NCBI GenBank assembly: GCA_045600045.1
Contig: JAZRXD010000021.1
Location: 9,121 to 73,120, forward strand
From: Bacteroidales bacterium
Lineage (GTDB): Bacteria > Bacteroidota > Bacteroidia > Bacteroidales > UBA1715
Length of the DNA: 64,000 nt
Direction of reading: 5' to 3'
Below the pieces are notes generated by a model. That model was not told the DNA's origin and searched no databases. It worked only from the letters and a program-made list of their open reading frames with translations. The stretch's first letter is position 1. Each line of letters starts with the position of its first letter. Below, in pieces: positions 46,591-56,620 of the stretch. The position numbers and the translations under genes were made by a program.

Positions 46591-48701
46591 TACAAATCAA
46601 GTACGAATTGCTTTTCGTTCGCATAGAATCTACGTTTTGCTTCTTCCTGTCTTGCGGCTGAGAAGTTCGAAACTCGTTTCATATAGCCAATTACACGTGT
46701 CAAATAGTCGACATTTGTGCTGTGGCAACAAGGACATTCTTTCAAATATCGTTTGTCAATGTGTCCACATTCGTTACAAACTGTGTTTGGAATGTTGAAT
46801 GTGAAGTAATTACACCCTTCGTGGGCAGCTACACGAATCAAATGTCTGTATTGTTCTTTTGTTAAGTGGCTTTCCAAATTTGCGTGCAAAGCGGAACCAC
46901 CAGTTAAGTGTTCAATATATTTGCGTCCGTGCAAACGGAATTTATCGACTATGTTAAGTGATTCATCTTCAACAATGTAGAAATACGAATTGTAGCAATC
47001 ACGAGGAACAACGTAACCATCTTCTTTGTCCCATTTTGCGTGTTTCACACCAACATTTTCTGCTGGAATCATTTCGCAGTTGAACATCATATGTTTTGTG
47101 CGATATTTCTTGTTGTATTTTTCAATCAAGCCAAGAACTTGTTGTACGAATTCAGCATATTTGGGATTGTCGTTGATTTCGATTCCTAAAAATTCGGCAG
47201 CTTCAACCAATCCGTTTACACCAATTGTTAAGTATTGGCGGTTGATATTGATATAACCAGCGTCGAACAATGGCAACATTCCTTTTTCTTGAAGGTTTTT
47301 CAAGTTTTCGTTGTAACCGATTTGAACTTTATGTACTAAATCAACAATTCCTTCAAGATATGTCATATAGTGCATGTTGTTTTTCACAGCGTATTGAATA
47401 CAACGGTTCAAGTTTATTGTCAGCACACTTTTTGAACCTGTTGAAACACCTCCGGCACCAAGTGTATAGCTGAATCCGTTGTCTTGAATTTCGTTACGTA
47501 AACGGCAGCACGAAGCCAACGAATCGGCGTTGTCGCTGATGTATGTGAAGAATGAATGTCCTTCGGAATACATTTCTGCTGTGAAATCGCCCCATTCTGA
47601 ATCCATTACGTCGCCATCTTTTGTAAGTAACGCCATTGTTTCTACTGGAAAAGTCAAAACAGCTTTTGTACGTTCGTGGTTGAACCATTTCATGAAACGT
47701 TTTTGTAACCACGACAACGATTCCCAATGTGGTTGTGAACCGTCAGGAAAGTAGAATTCTCCAAAAATGTTTTCGAAATAGTATTTGTCGTAATATGAAA
47801 TGTTCCAGAACACGGCTTGGAAGTTTCTTGCTCCGGAAGGTTGGTTGATTGAGTAAACAACTTGTTCGAAGCAATCTTCGATAACTTTTCCTATTGTTCT
47901 TTGTTTTTTAGATAAGTCAACAACTTCGTCGGCACGTTTGTAATAATCTTCGCCAAATTCCTTTTCTATAAAATAGTTCATATACATAAGGAATTCGGGT
48001 GTCGCGCAGGCACCGCTCAACATGCTCGATACAATGAAAACCATATTGACAAATCCGCCGCAGAATGATTTTAAGTTGGTTGGAGCTTTTGAATTTCCAC
48101 CAACCGAAATGGTTCCGCCCAACAACCATGGATACATTGTGATTGATGCGCAGTAGTTTGCCATTGAAGTCTCGTCGTTTTTGTAAACGAAATGATTATT
48201 AAGCAAATACAAATATTTGTCGGCTAATTCTTTTCCGTACAATTCTTTCAAACGATCGGTAAGCAAACGTCTGTTTAAACGAATAAAGTTTGATTTTGGA
48301 AGTTCTCCAATCAATGTTGCGATGTTTTTCTTCTCAACATTGGCATTTGCATCGTATTTTGAACCTGAAGCTGCATTTTCGGCATTGCAGTAGCTAACCA
48401 AAAAGTTTAGTTTTTCGCGGTCTTCACGGTCTTCGGTGTGTTTTTGGCGATACAACATATAACTTTTCGCAACGGAATAATATCGTTCTGCCATAAGGGC
48501 AACTTCAACTTGGTTTTGAACTTCTTCAACGCTCATTCCGTCGGCAATATGCACGCGGCTCAATACACCAGCTAAATCATCGTCGGTTGCGTAGCTTCCA
48601 ACCGAAAGGAATGCTTTACGTACGGCGTATTTGATTTTCTCAATTGAAAAAGGTTCGCGTGAACCATCACGCTTTACGATTCGAATTTCCGATATTCCCA
48701 T
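46590..48701 (-). CDS. nrdD: anaerobic ribonucleoside-triphosphate reductase (class III)
   Basis: N-terminal ATP-cone (VKRDGSREPFSIEKI), a C-terminal Cys4 cluster, and the glycyl-radical motif TRVIGYM. Confidence 0.92.
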   Translation of the reverse strand: MGISEIRIVKRDGSREPFSIEKIKYAVRKAFLSVGSYATDDDLAGVLSRVHIADGMSVEEVQNQVEVALMAERYYSVAKSYMLYRQKHTEDREDREKLNFLVSYCNAENAASGSKYDANANVEKKNIATLIGELPKSNFIRLNRRLLTDRLKELYGKELADKYLYLLNNHFVYKNDETSMANYCASITMYPWLLGGTISVGGNSKAPTNLKSFCGGFVNMVFIVSSMLSGACATPEFLMYMNYFIEKEFGEDYYKRADEVVDLSKKQRTIGKVIEDCFEQVVYSINQPSGARNFQAVFWNISYYDKYYFENIFGEFYFPDGSQPHWESLSWLQKRFMKWFNHERTKAVLTFPVETMALLTKDGDVMDSEWGDFTAEMYSEGHSFFTYISDNADSLASCCRLRNEIQDNGFSYTLGAGGVSTGSKSVLTINLNRCIQYAVKNNMHYMTYLEGIVDLVHKVQIGYNENLKNLQEKGMLPLFDAGYININRQYLTIGVNGLVEAAEFLGIEINDNPKYAEFVQQVLGLIEKYNKKYRTKHMMFNCEMIPAENVGVKHAKWDKEDGYVVPRDCYNSYFYIVEDESLNIVDKFRLHGRKYIEHLTGGSALHANLESHLTKEQYRHLIRVAAHEGCNYFTFNIPNTVCNECGHIDKRYLKECPCCHSTNVDYLTRVIGYMKRVSNFSAARQEEAKRRFYANEKQFVLDL

Positions 48702-48811
48702 TACTTAAATTTTTAATCAATTAACTTTTGTTAAGTGACAAGATAGTTTCTATATCCAAAAATTGGTTTGTCATATTCCGCTGTTATTCTTCATCCCGAG
48801 AATTTCAGTTT

Positions 48812-48980
48812 CAATGCCAAGCAGGTCTTCTGACTTGTTCCGTCTGTACTGTCTTCCCGCCAATCGGCAGTGACTAAAGATTGGTACAGATTTTTAAAGA
48901 ACTCACAGCTACGGGTATAGTTTCAGATTTTCACTGAATTCCCTTTTCAATTTTGATAAGAAATTATCGCCATCACTTTA
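48812..48980 (-). promoter_or_regulatory. cobalamin (B12) riboswitch in the nrdDG leader
   Basis: The minus strand reads ...GAAAAGGGAAttcaGTGaAAATCtgaaaCtatACCCGtaGCTGTga...CACTGccgattggcGGGAAGacag...AGTCAGAAGACCTGC. This matches the conserved core and the B12 box (plus-strand coordinates 48821-48835). Confidence 0.85.
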
Positions 48981-48986
48981 GCATGT

Positions 48987-48994
48987 CAAAAGTA
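48987..48994 (-). promoter_or_regulatory. -7 promoter box (TACTTTTG) driving the riboswitch-nrdDG transcript
   Basis: Exact match just upstream of the riboswitch 5' end. Confidence 0.5.
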
Positions 48995-49161
48995 AAATTT
49001 AAGTTAATTCTTATTGTGTAATTTTGTTGAAAGTTATTAGCAATTGTTGTTGTGGGGGTGTTTTAATTTGCTGACTTTCAGTGAGTTTATAGGTTAATAA
49101 CCTAAATTTGCGCTTTGATTTGTTGTTGGAAATCAGATTTCAAGATAATTAAGAGCAAAGA

Positions 49162-49203
49162 CAAAAAAATTAAAGGTAATTTTTTATGAAAATTACCTTT
49201 AAT
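49162..49203 (-). terminator. strong rho-independent terminator after the ROK kinase gene
   Basis: Perfect 15-bp stem attaaaggtaatttt / aaaattacctttaat with a 5-nt loop, followed by TTTTTTT on the minus strand. Confidence 0.8.
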
Positions 49204-49237
49204 TTGATTTTTGACTCTTGTCTCCGAAATCCAAAAA

Positions 49238-50197
49238 TTATTTTTCCAATTCTTTCCAAGCCAATGCACTCGCACCAAGTACGGCTGCATTTTTATCCAT
49301 CAAACCACTTAGTTTAATGTCAATCTTGTTTTTGAAGATTGGCAATAAATATTCTTCCATTGATTTTTTTGCTGGTTTAATGATTGCATCGCCGGCTTTT
49401 GCAGGTCCGCCAAACAAGAAAATTGTTGAAGGGCTTGTGTGGCAAACCACATCGGCGAATTTAATACCAAGAATTTTTCCTGTGTATTCAAAAGTTTCCT
49501 TTGCGATTTCGTCGCCAGCTTGATATGCTTTGTACACGTCGTACGAAGTTAATTGGTTGAATGGAATGTCGCGCAATGTGGATGGTTTACGTGTTTTGCA
49601 AATAAGTTCCGTAACGGTTCTTGTGATTCCCGAAGCTGAAGCATAAGCTTCCAAACAGCCTTTTTTGCCGCAACCGCATTCGCGTCCGTCAGGAAATACG
49701 GTTGTGTGTCCTACTTCGCCGGCAAAACCGTCGTGTCCGTAAACTAAGTCGCCGTTTACAACAATACCGCTACCAACACCTGTCCCCAATGTAATTACCA
49801 CAAAGTCGGTCAAACCTTTTGCTGCGCCGAAAATCATTTCGCCCATAGCAGCAGCGTTTGCGTCGTTTGTAATGGCAATTTTCACATTTGGAAAATATTC
49901 GCCCATCATTTTGCAAAAATGAACGGTTCCTTTCCAACTTAAATTTGGAGCTTCTTCAATTGTTCCTCGGTGATAATTTGCGTTTGGTGCACCAATTCCA
50001 ATTCCCATCAACTGGCAATCGGTGTGGTTTTGCAACTCTTTTTGAATCAATCCGCACAAATTTTTCATGTACGATTCAATATCTAAAAATTCTTTTGTCG
50101 GAATGCTTGTTTCAAACAAACAGTTCCCTTCGCGGTCAACAAAACCAATAGCGGTGTTCGTTCCGCCTATGTCAATACCAACAGTGATTTGTTTCAT
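49238..50197 (-). CDS. ROK-family sugar kinase (glucokinase-like)
   Basis: MKQITVGIDIGGTNT... and the zinc motif GHTTVFPDGRECGCGKKGCLEAYAS. The ATG at 50197 is preferred over the long track start. Confidence 0.85.
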   Translation of the reverse strand: MKQITVGIDIGGTNTAIGFVDREGNCLFETSIPTKEFLDIESYMKNLCGLIQKELQNHTDCQLMGIGIGAPNANYHRGTIEEAPNLSWKGTVHFCKMMGEYFPNVKIAITNDANAAAMGEMIFGAAKGLTDFVVITLGTGVGSGIVVNGDLVYGHDGFAGEVGHTTVFPDGRECGCGKKGCLEAYASASGITRTVTELICKTRKPSTLRDIPFNQLTSYDVYKAYQAGDEIAKETFEYTGKILGIKFADVVCHTSPSTIFLFGGPAKAGDAIIKPAKKSMEEYLLPIFKNKIDIKLSGLMDKNAAVLGASALAWKELEK

Positions 50198-50219
50198 AAT
50201 TTTATTTATTTCATTTGAG

Positions 50220-50227
50220 CAAAAGTA
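50220..50227 (-). promoter_or_regulatory. -7 promoter box (TACTTTTG) for the ROK kinase gene
   Basis: Exact match 23 nt upstream of the ATG at 50197. Confidence 0.45.
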
Positions 50228-50282
50228 TTGAAAATCTTGCATTAATACAATTTGAAAATCGGTTTCGTTTCCTTGAAAAATG

Positions 50283-50290
50283 TATTTTTG
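50283..50290 (+). promoter_or_regulatory. -7 promoter box (TATTTTTG) for thiL
   Basis: Exact match 15 nt upstream of the ATG at 50305. Confidence 0.45.
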
Positions 50291-50304
50291 CAAAAAACAA
50301 ATTT

Positions 50305-51342
50305 ATGGAAAAACAAAGAACACTTGCCGAAGTCGGTGAATTTGGTCTAATAGACATTCTTACAAAGGATTTTAAGACTTCGAAATCAACTATAAAAGGA
50401 GTGGGAGACGATTGCGCCGTTCTTGAATACAAAAAAGATGAATATCAGTTGGTTACGACTGACTTGTTAATGGAAGGAATACATTTTGATTTAATGTATT
50501 TCCCTCTTAAACATTTAGGCTTCAAGGCGGTAGCGCAAAATTGCTCCGACATTTTGGCAATGAACGGAAAGCCACAAAAAATGACTGTTTCCATTGCTGT
50601 TTCGGCAAAATTTTCGGTAAATGCGCTGGAACAATTGTACGAAGGAATCAAATTGGCGTGTGATAAATATGGCGTGGAATTGATTGGCGGTGACACATCG
50701 GCTTCGATGACTGGATTGGCTATCAGCGTTACAATGATAGGCACGGTGGGGAAAAATAAAATTGCATATCGTTCGGGTGCGAAACCAACCGATTTGATTT
50801 GTGTGTCGGGTGATTTGGGCGGAGCGTATGCAGGTTTGCAAATCCTTCAACGCGAAAAAGCGGTGTATAATCAAGGTAAGGGCGACCAGCCGAAACTCGA
50901 CGGTTACGAATATGTGCTTCAACGTTTGTTGAAACCTGAAGCTCGTTTCGACGTGATTGAAAATTTGGAAAAACAAAATATTATTCCAACGTCAATGATT
51001 GATATTTCCGACGGACTTTCTTCGGAATTGTTCCATTTGTGTTTGAATTCGAATGTCGGATGTAAAATTTATGAAGACAAAATCCCTGTAAACGAAGCGA
51101 CTGGCGATGTTTGCCACGAATTTTCGTTGGAACCGATTATCCCCGCTTTACACGGAGGTGACGATTACGAATTGTTGTTCACTGTTCCGCTTTCGCAATA
51201 CGAGGAAATCAAGAAAATAAAAGATATTTCTGTGATTGGAAATATTGTAGAAAAAGAACAGGGCTTGGGTATGGTTAGTCGCTCTGGTGACTATGTTCAT
51301 TTGAAAGCCCAAGGTTGGAATAATATTGACACAAAAAAATAA
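50305..51342 (+). CDS. thiL: thiamine-monophosphate kinase
   Basis: LAEVGEFGLIDIL...GVGDDCAVL...TTDLLMEGIHF. Confidence 0.88.
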   Translation: MEKQRTLAEVGEFGLIDILTKDFKTSKSTIKGVGDDCAVLEYKKDEYQLVTTDLLMEGIHFDLMYFPLKHLGFKAVAQNCSDILAMNGKPQKMTVSIAVSAKFSVNALEQLYEGIKLACDKYGVELIGGDTSASMTGLAISVTMIGTVGKNKIAYRSGAKPTDLICVSGDLGGAYAGLQILQREKAVYNQGKGDQPKLDGYEYVLQRLLKPEARFDVIENLEKQNIIPTSMIDISDGLSSELFHLCLNSNVGCKIYEDKIPVNEATGDVCHEFSLEPIIPALHGGDDYELLFTVPLSQYEEIKKIKDISVIGNIVEKEQGLGMVSRSGDYVHLKAQGWNNIDTKK

Positions 51343-51363
51343 TAGTATTCAGATTGTTTTAAC

Positions 51364-51371
51364 TACTTTTG
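51364..51371 (+). promoter_or_regulatory. -7 promoter box (TACTTTTG) for the DUF2723 gene
   Basis: Exact match 22 nt upstream of the ATG at 51393. Confidence 0.45.
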
Positions 51372-51392
51372 CACGAAAATTAATTTAATCAA

Positions 51393-54300
51393 ATGGAGAA
51401 AAAATATAAACTGTTTAATAATCTCCTTGGACTTCTTTCTTTCATCGGTGCTTCGATTGTGTACATGCTTACTATCGAGCCAACCGTAAGTCTTTGGGAT
51501 TGTGGAGAATTTATAGCAACGGCAGGCAAATTAGAAGTTGGTCACCCTCCTGGGGCACCATTTTTCTTACTTTTAGGAAGATTCTTCTCGTTGTTTGCTT
51601 CGTCACCGGAACAAATCGCAGCGTGTGTCAATACTATGTCAGCTTTGGCAAGTGGAGCCACAATTATGTTCTTGTTTTGGACAATAACCCACTTAGCTAA
51701 AAAATTCTTCGACGATAAAGAACTAAATTTAACAAGTGTCATAATTATTCTTGCTGCTGGTCTTATTGGTGCTGGAGCTTATACATTCACCGATACATTC
51801 TGGTTCTCGGCTGTTGAAGGCGAAGTTTACGGGATGTCGTCGTTGCTTACGGCAGTTGTTTTCTGGGCAATTTTGAAATGGGAAGATCATTTCAATGAAC
51901 CAGGGAGTGATCGTTGGATTATTTTCATCGCTTACATTATGGGATTGTCAATTGGTGTTCACTTGTTGAACTTGTTGACAATTACGGCAATAGTTTTTGT
52001 TTACTATTTCAAGAAATTCGAGCCAACAATCAAGGGAATGATATTCACTTGCTTGCTTTCGTTCTTGTTCATTGCATTTATGATGTGGGGAATCATTGCA
52101 GGTTCGGTTGATGTTGCTTCTAAATTCGAATTGTTCTGCGTGAATGTTCTTGGAATGCCATTCCAGTCAGGTTTGATTGCGTGGCTGATTGTTCTTACGT
52201 TGGCGTTTGTTGCCGGAATTTGCGTTACAAAATGCGACAAAGTGAACAAATGGGTGAAAGTTGGTGTGGTTACTTTTATAACGATTTTGCTTGGTATTCC
52301 AACATTAACCGACAGCGTCCTTGTTTGGCTTATAATTCTTGCCGGAATAATTTGGGGCTTGAATTATGTTAACGGGAAAAATAAGTATGTGTTGAATACA
52401 ATCGTTAACGTGTTGTTGGTTGTTATGATAGGTTATTCATCGTATGCGATGATAATTATTCGTTCAAATGCCAACACGCCAATGAACGAAAATGCTCCAA
52501 AAGATGCGTTTTCGCTTCTTTCTTATTTGAACCGTGAACAATATGGTTCTACGCCAATTCTTTATGGTCCTTACTACAACGCTTCGCCTGTTTGGAAATC
52601 CGACGGGTCGGCAGAAATCAAGGAAAAATTCACTTATACGCCACGTGATGGCAAATATGTGAAAGTAAGTAATGGTTTGGAATATGTTTGGAATCCTGAT
52701 ATGTGCACGATTTTCCCACGTATGTATAGCCGCGAGGCACATCATATTCGTGGTTACAAAGATTGGGCTGGAATAAAAGACGGAGTAAATACAAGAAAGG
52801 TTCGTTACGATCGCGAAGGTAAAACGTACGACGTTCCTACTTTCGGTCAGAATTTGAAATATTTCTTTTCATATCAAATTGGCCACATGTATATGCGTTA
52901 CTTTATGTGGAATTTCTGCGGACGTCAGAATGATATTCAAGGCCATGGCGACATAGAACACGGAAACTGGATAACGGGTATCAACGCAATTGATAAGCAT
53001 TTGGTCGGCGATCAGTCGCAAATTTCCGATGTCGCAAAAAACACTCCTTCAAGAAACGTATATTATATGCTTCCGTTCATTCTTGGTTTGATTGGATTAG
53101 TTTATCATTTAAGCCGTAAGAAAAACGATTCGCTTGTTGTGATTCTTTTGTTCTTGATGACAGGTTTAGCTATCATAGTTTATCTGAACCAGAAACCTTA
53201 CGAACCACGTGAACGTGACTATGCATATGCAGGTTCATTCTATGCATATTGTATTTGGATTGGATTGAGCGTTTTGGCGATTTTCGAATTGATAAAGAAA
53301 CGTATCAAAAATGCAAAAACTGGTACTGTTGTGGGCATTGCGGTTGCATTGTTAGTGACTATTCCTGCACCAGTTTTGTTGGCAACAGAAAACTGGGACG
53401 ACCACGATCGTTCGGGACGATACACGGCGCACGATTTCGCCTACAACTATTTGCAAAGTTGCGATCCTAATTCAATGATTGTCACTGCAGGCGATAACGA
53501 TACTTTCCCATTGTGGTACATTCAAGAAATTGAAGGTGTGAGAACTGATGTTCGCGTGCTTTGTACTCCATTGTTGGCAACAGATTGGTATGCTCAACAA
53601 ATGAAACATCGTGCCTACGAATCGGCTCCGCTTCCAATGAAATTGACTGAAAAACAAGTTGGTAAAGGCATTCGTGATATGGTTCCTGTACGTGAATTCA
53701 GCAGTGTGAAAGGTAAATATTATTCTATTCACGATGCAATGGAAGTTGTACGCGATGACAAAATGCTGACTAATTATTACGGAGATAAATACAATTTCTT
53801 CCCTGCTAAGAATTTAATGTTCACTGTCGATAAGGAATTGGCATTGAAGAACAATGCTGTGTCGGCAAAAGATTCAAGTTTGATAGCGTCTGAAATTAAA
53901 TTTACATTGCGCGACAATAATATCTACAAAAATAAACTTGTGATTTATGATTGTCTTGATGGTTGGATGTGGGATCGTCCTTTGTATTTCACAAGCCAAT
54001 CGTCGGCTGAGGATTTGGGTTTGGAAAATTATCTTCGTTATGATGGATTTGCATTCAAATTCGTTCCGATTTACAATCAAGATGCAAATATTCCGTATGT
54101 CGATACCGATGTTATGTACGACAAGTTGATGAATGTTTACAAATGGCGCGGAATGGGCGAAAAAGGTGTGTATATCGATCATTTCCACGAACGTACGACA
54201 CGTGTAATCGGCGTTCGCCAAATGTTCAACTCGCTTGCGCTTAATTTGATTACTGAACACAAGGTTGATTCTGCAAAACAAGTTCTTCAAAAACTTGATG

Positions 54301-54641
54301 AAATAATGCCTAACTGGCAAATTCCATATTTCGATGACGGAATCATTACAACTGCATATGCTCATTATATGACTGGCAATATGGAAGCTGGAAATAATGA
54401 ACTGAAAACTCTTGCATTTAATTTAATGGATGAAATAGAGTGGTATAATTCGTTGAAGGACAATCAAGATGAAATTTACAAAAAAGTAGAAGGAAGTAAG
54501 ATTGAATATTTGAGAACAAACTTACGAATCTACCAAATGGCTATGCAGTACAATCAAGTTTCTTTGTGTGAAGAATTGGAATTGCGTTGGAATGAATTGG
54601 GCGAATATCCATTGTCGGAATACTCAAAAATGTTAAAATAG
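51393..54641 (+). CDS. DUF2723 domain membrane protein (GT-C-like putative glycosyltransferase, 1082 aa)
   Basis: TIEPTVSLWDCGEFIATAGKLEVGHPPGAPFFLLLGRFF, followed by many TM helices and a large C-terminal soluble domain. Confidence 0.8.
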   Translation: MEKKYKLFNNLLGLLSFIGASIVYMLTIEPTVSLWDCGEFIATAGKLEVGHPPGAPFFLLLGRFFSLFASSPEQIAACVNTMSALASGATIMFLFWTITHLAKKFFDDKELNLTSVIIILAAGLIGAGAYTFTDTFWFSAVEGEVYGMSSLLTAVVFWAILKWEDHFNEPGSDRWIIFIAYIMGLSIGVHLLNLLTITAIVFVYYFKKFEPTIKGMIFTCLLSFLFIAFMMWGIIAGSVDVASKFELFCVNVLGMPFQSGLIAWLIVLTLAFVAGICVTKCDKVNKWVKVGVVTFITILLGIPTLTDSVLVWLIILAGIIWGLNYVNGKNKYVLNTIVNVLLVVMIGYSSYAMIIIRSNANTPMNENAPKDAFSLLSYLNREQYGSTPILYGPYYNASPVWKSDGSAEIKEKFTYTPRDGKYVKVSNGLEYVWNPDMCTIFPRMYSREAHHIRGYKDWAGIKDGVNTRKVRYDREGKTYDVPTFGQNLKYFFSYQIGHMYMRYFMWNFCGRQNDIQGHGDIEHGNWITGINAIDKHLVGDQSQISDVAKNTPSRNVYYMLPFILGLIGLVYHLSRKKNDSLVVILLFLMTGLAIIVYLNQKPYEPRERDYAYAGSFYAYCIWIGLSVLAIFELIKKRIKNAKTGTVVGIAVALLVTIPAPVLLATENWDDHDRSGRYTAHDFAYNYLQSCDPNSMIVTAGDNDTFPLWYIQEIEGVRTDVRVLCTPLLATDWYAQQMKHRAYESAPLPMKLTEKQVGKGIRDMVPVREFSSVKGKYYSIHDAMEVVRDDKMLTNYYGDKYNFFPAKNLMFTVDKELALKNNAVSAKDSSLIASEIKFTLRDNNIYKNKLVIYDCLDGWMWDRPLYFTSQSSAEDLGLENYLRYDGFAFKFVPIYNQDANIPYVDTDVMYDKLMNVYKWRGMGEKGVYIDHFHERTTRVIGVRQMFNSLALNLITEHKVDSAKQVLQKLDEIMPNWQIPYFDDGIITTAYAHYMTGNMEAGNNELKTLAFNLMDEIEWYNSLKDNQDEIYKKVEGSKIEYLRTNLRIYQMAMQYNQVSLCEELELRWNELGEYPLSEYSKMLK

Positions 54642-54661
54642 ACTTTTAAATAAGTAATACA

Positions 54662-56104
54662 ATGTCAAAAAGAATTGAAATAAAGAACCTTTTGAACGCA
54701 ACCGAGTTAGACGTTAAGGTTGTTGTGAAAGGTTGGGTTAGAAATTACAGAGGAAACAGTTTCGTAATGTTCGCCGCATTGAATGACGGCTCGTCGTTGC
54801 AAAATCTCCAAGTTGTAATTGATATAGCAAAATTCGATGCTGTCGAATTAAAGAAAATCAGTGTTGGTTGCTCTTTGTCGGTCGAAGGTACGTTGAAGGC
54901 ATCGGAAGGGAAAGGACAACGTGTTGAGGTTGTTGCCGAAACAATTGAGGTTCTTGGTATAGCCGATCCTGAAAAATATCCTATCCAGCCGAAAAAACAC
55001 TCGTTGGAATTCCTTCGCGAAAATGCCCACTTACGTTTCCGTACGAATCTATTCGGCGCAATCATGCGTGTTCGTCACAATATGATTTATGCAATCCACA
55101 CGTTTTTTACTGAACGTGGATTCTATAACATTCACACGCCACTTATAACAGGTTCCGATTGCGAAGGAGCTGGCGAAATGTTTCAGGTAACGACGTTGGA
55201 TTTGAATAATTTGCCAAAAACAGAAGATGGTAAAGTTGATTATTCCGAAGATTTCTTTGGTAAAATGACAAATTTAACTGTGTCTGGACAGTTGGAGGTT
55301 GAATTGGCTTGTATGGCATTATCAAAAGTTTACACATTTGGACCAACTTTCCGTGCCGAAAATTCAAATACAACCCGTCACTTGGCTGAATTTTGGATGA
55401 TTGAACCGGAAATTGCTTTTGCCGACATAAACGATGATATGGATGTTGCCGAAGAGTTTTTGAAATATTTGATTCAATATGCTCTTGATCATTGTCGCGA
55501 AGATTTGGAATTCCTACAAGAACGTTTGATTCAAGAAGAAAAATCAAAACCGGAATCAGAACGTTCTATGCCATTGATTGAAAAATTGCAATTTGTTTTG
55601 GCAAATGATTTCCAAAGATTGACTTATACCGAAGCAATAGACATTTTGAAAAATTCGAAACCAAATCAAAAAGGACAATTCAAGTACAAAATAGAAGGTT
55701 TCGGTGCCGATTTGCAAAGCGAACACGAACGTTATTTGGTTGAAAAACACTTCAAAAAACCAGTTATTTTAACTGGCTATCCAAAAGAAATCAAAGCATT
55801 CTATATGAAACAAAATCCTGACGGAAAAACAGTTGCCGCTATGGATATTTTGTTCCCTGGAATTGGCGAAATAATTGGTGGTTCGGAACGCGAAGCCGAC
55901 TTCGACAAATTGAACAAACGTATTGAGGAATTACACATTCCAATGAAAGATATGTGGTGGTATTTGGATACTCGTCGCTTTGGCGCAGTTCCTCACTCTG
56001 GTTTCGGACTTGGTTTTGAACGTTTGATGTTGTTCGTAACAGGTATGACTAACATCCGCGACGTGATTCCTTTCCCTCGTTATCCAAAATCCGCAGAGTT
56101 TTAG
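54662..56104 (+). CDS. asnS: asparagine--tRNA ligase
   Basis: OB-fold N-terminus and class II motifs ([38 protein letters not shown]). Confidence 0.92.
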   Translation: MSKRIEIKNLLNATELDVKVVVKGWVRNYRGNSFVMFAALNDGSSLQNLQVVIDIAKFDAVELKKISVGCSLSVEGTLKASEGKGQRVEVVAETIEVLGIADPEKYPIQPKKHSLEFLRENAHLRFRTNLFGAIMRVRHNMIYAIHTFFTERGFYNIHTPLITGSDCEGAGEMFQVTTLDLNNLPKTEDGKVDYSEDFFGKMTNLTVSGQLEVELACMALSKVYTFGPTFRAENSNTTRHLAEFWMIEPEIAFADINDDMDVAEEFLKYLIQYALDHCREDLEFLQERLIQEEKSKPESERSMPLIEKLQFVLANDFQRLTYTEAIDILKNSKPNQKGQFKYKIEGFGADLQSEHERYLVEKHFKKPVILTGYPKEIKAFYMKQNPDGKTVAAMDILFPGIGEIIGGSEREADFDKLNKRIEELHIPMKDMWWYLDTRRFGAVPHSGFGLGFERLMLFVTGMTNIRDVIPFPRYPKSAEF

Positions 56105-56105
56105 A

Positions 56106-56543
56106 ATGGGAAAAGAATTAGAATTTGTAAGTAAGATTACTAAGAACAGTTGCGAGGATTCGCAGCTGTTCTCTTTTATTTCTGATTTTAGAAATATTGC
56201 TTCTATGTTGCCTGCCGAAGCAAAGGATAAAATTTCGGTTACAAACGACACGATTACCATTCAGGCAATGGCGGGTATGAGTATTACCTTGTCAGTTTTG
56301 GATAAAGAACCATACAAATTGTTGAAAATAGGAACTGCAGGGAACGATATGTTTTGTATTTGGATACAGTTAAAACAAGTTGCTCCTTACGATACGCGAA
56401 TTCGTATAACAATGCGTGCAAATGTTCCGTTGGTTGCACGGCCAATGATAAAAAAAGACAAAATGCAAGATTTGGTTGATAATCTAGCACTTGCTTTGTC
56501 GCAGATTCCAGCATATGCAATGCAAGGAAATAATTTCAATTAA
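56106..56543 (+). CDS. hypothetical protein (145 aa), possibly SRPBCC/START-like
   Basis: Starts 1 nt after the asnS stop. The fold guess is weak. Confidence 0.5.
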   Translation: MGKELEFVSKITKNSCEDSQLFSFISDFRNIASMLPAEAKDKISVTNDTITIQAMAGMSITLSVLDKEPYKLLKIGTAGNDMFCIWIQLKQVAPYDTRIRITMRANVPLVARPMIKKDKMQDLVDNLALALSQIPAYAMQGNNFN

Positions 56544-56620
56544 TAAAGGTGTCAAGAATTAAGATTAGGGTTTAGAAATCACAAACAATAATCTAAACTC
56601 GGGTATGCACTATACGGAGA

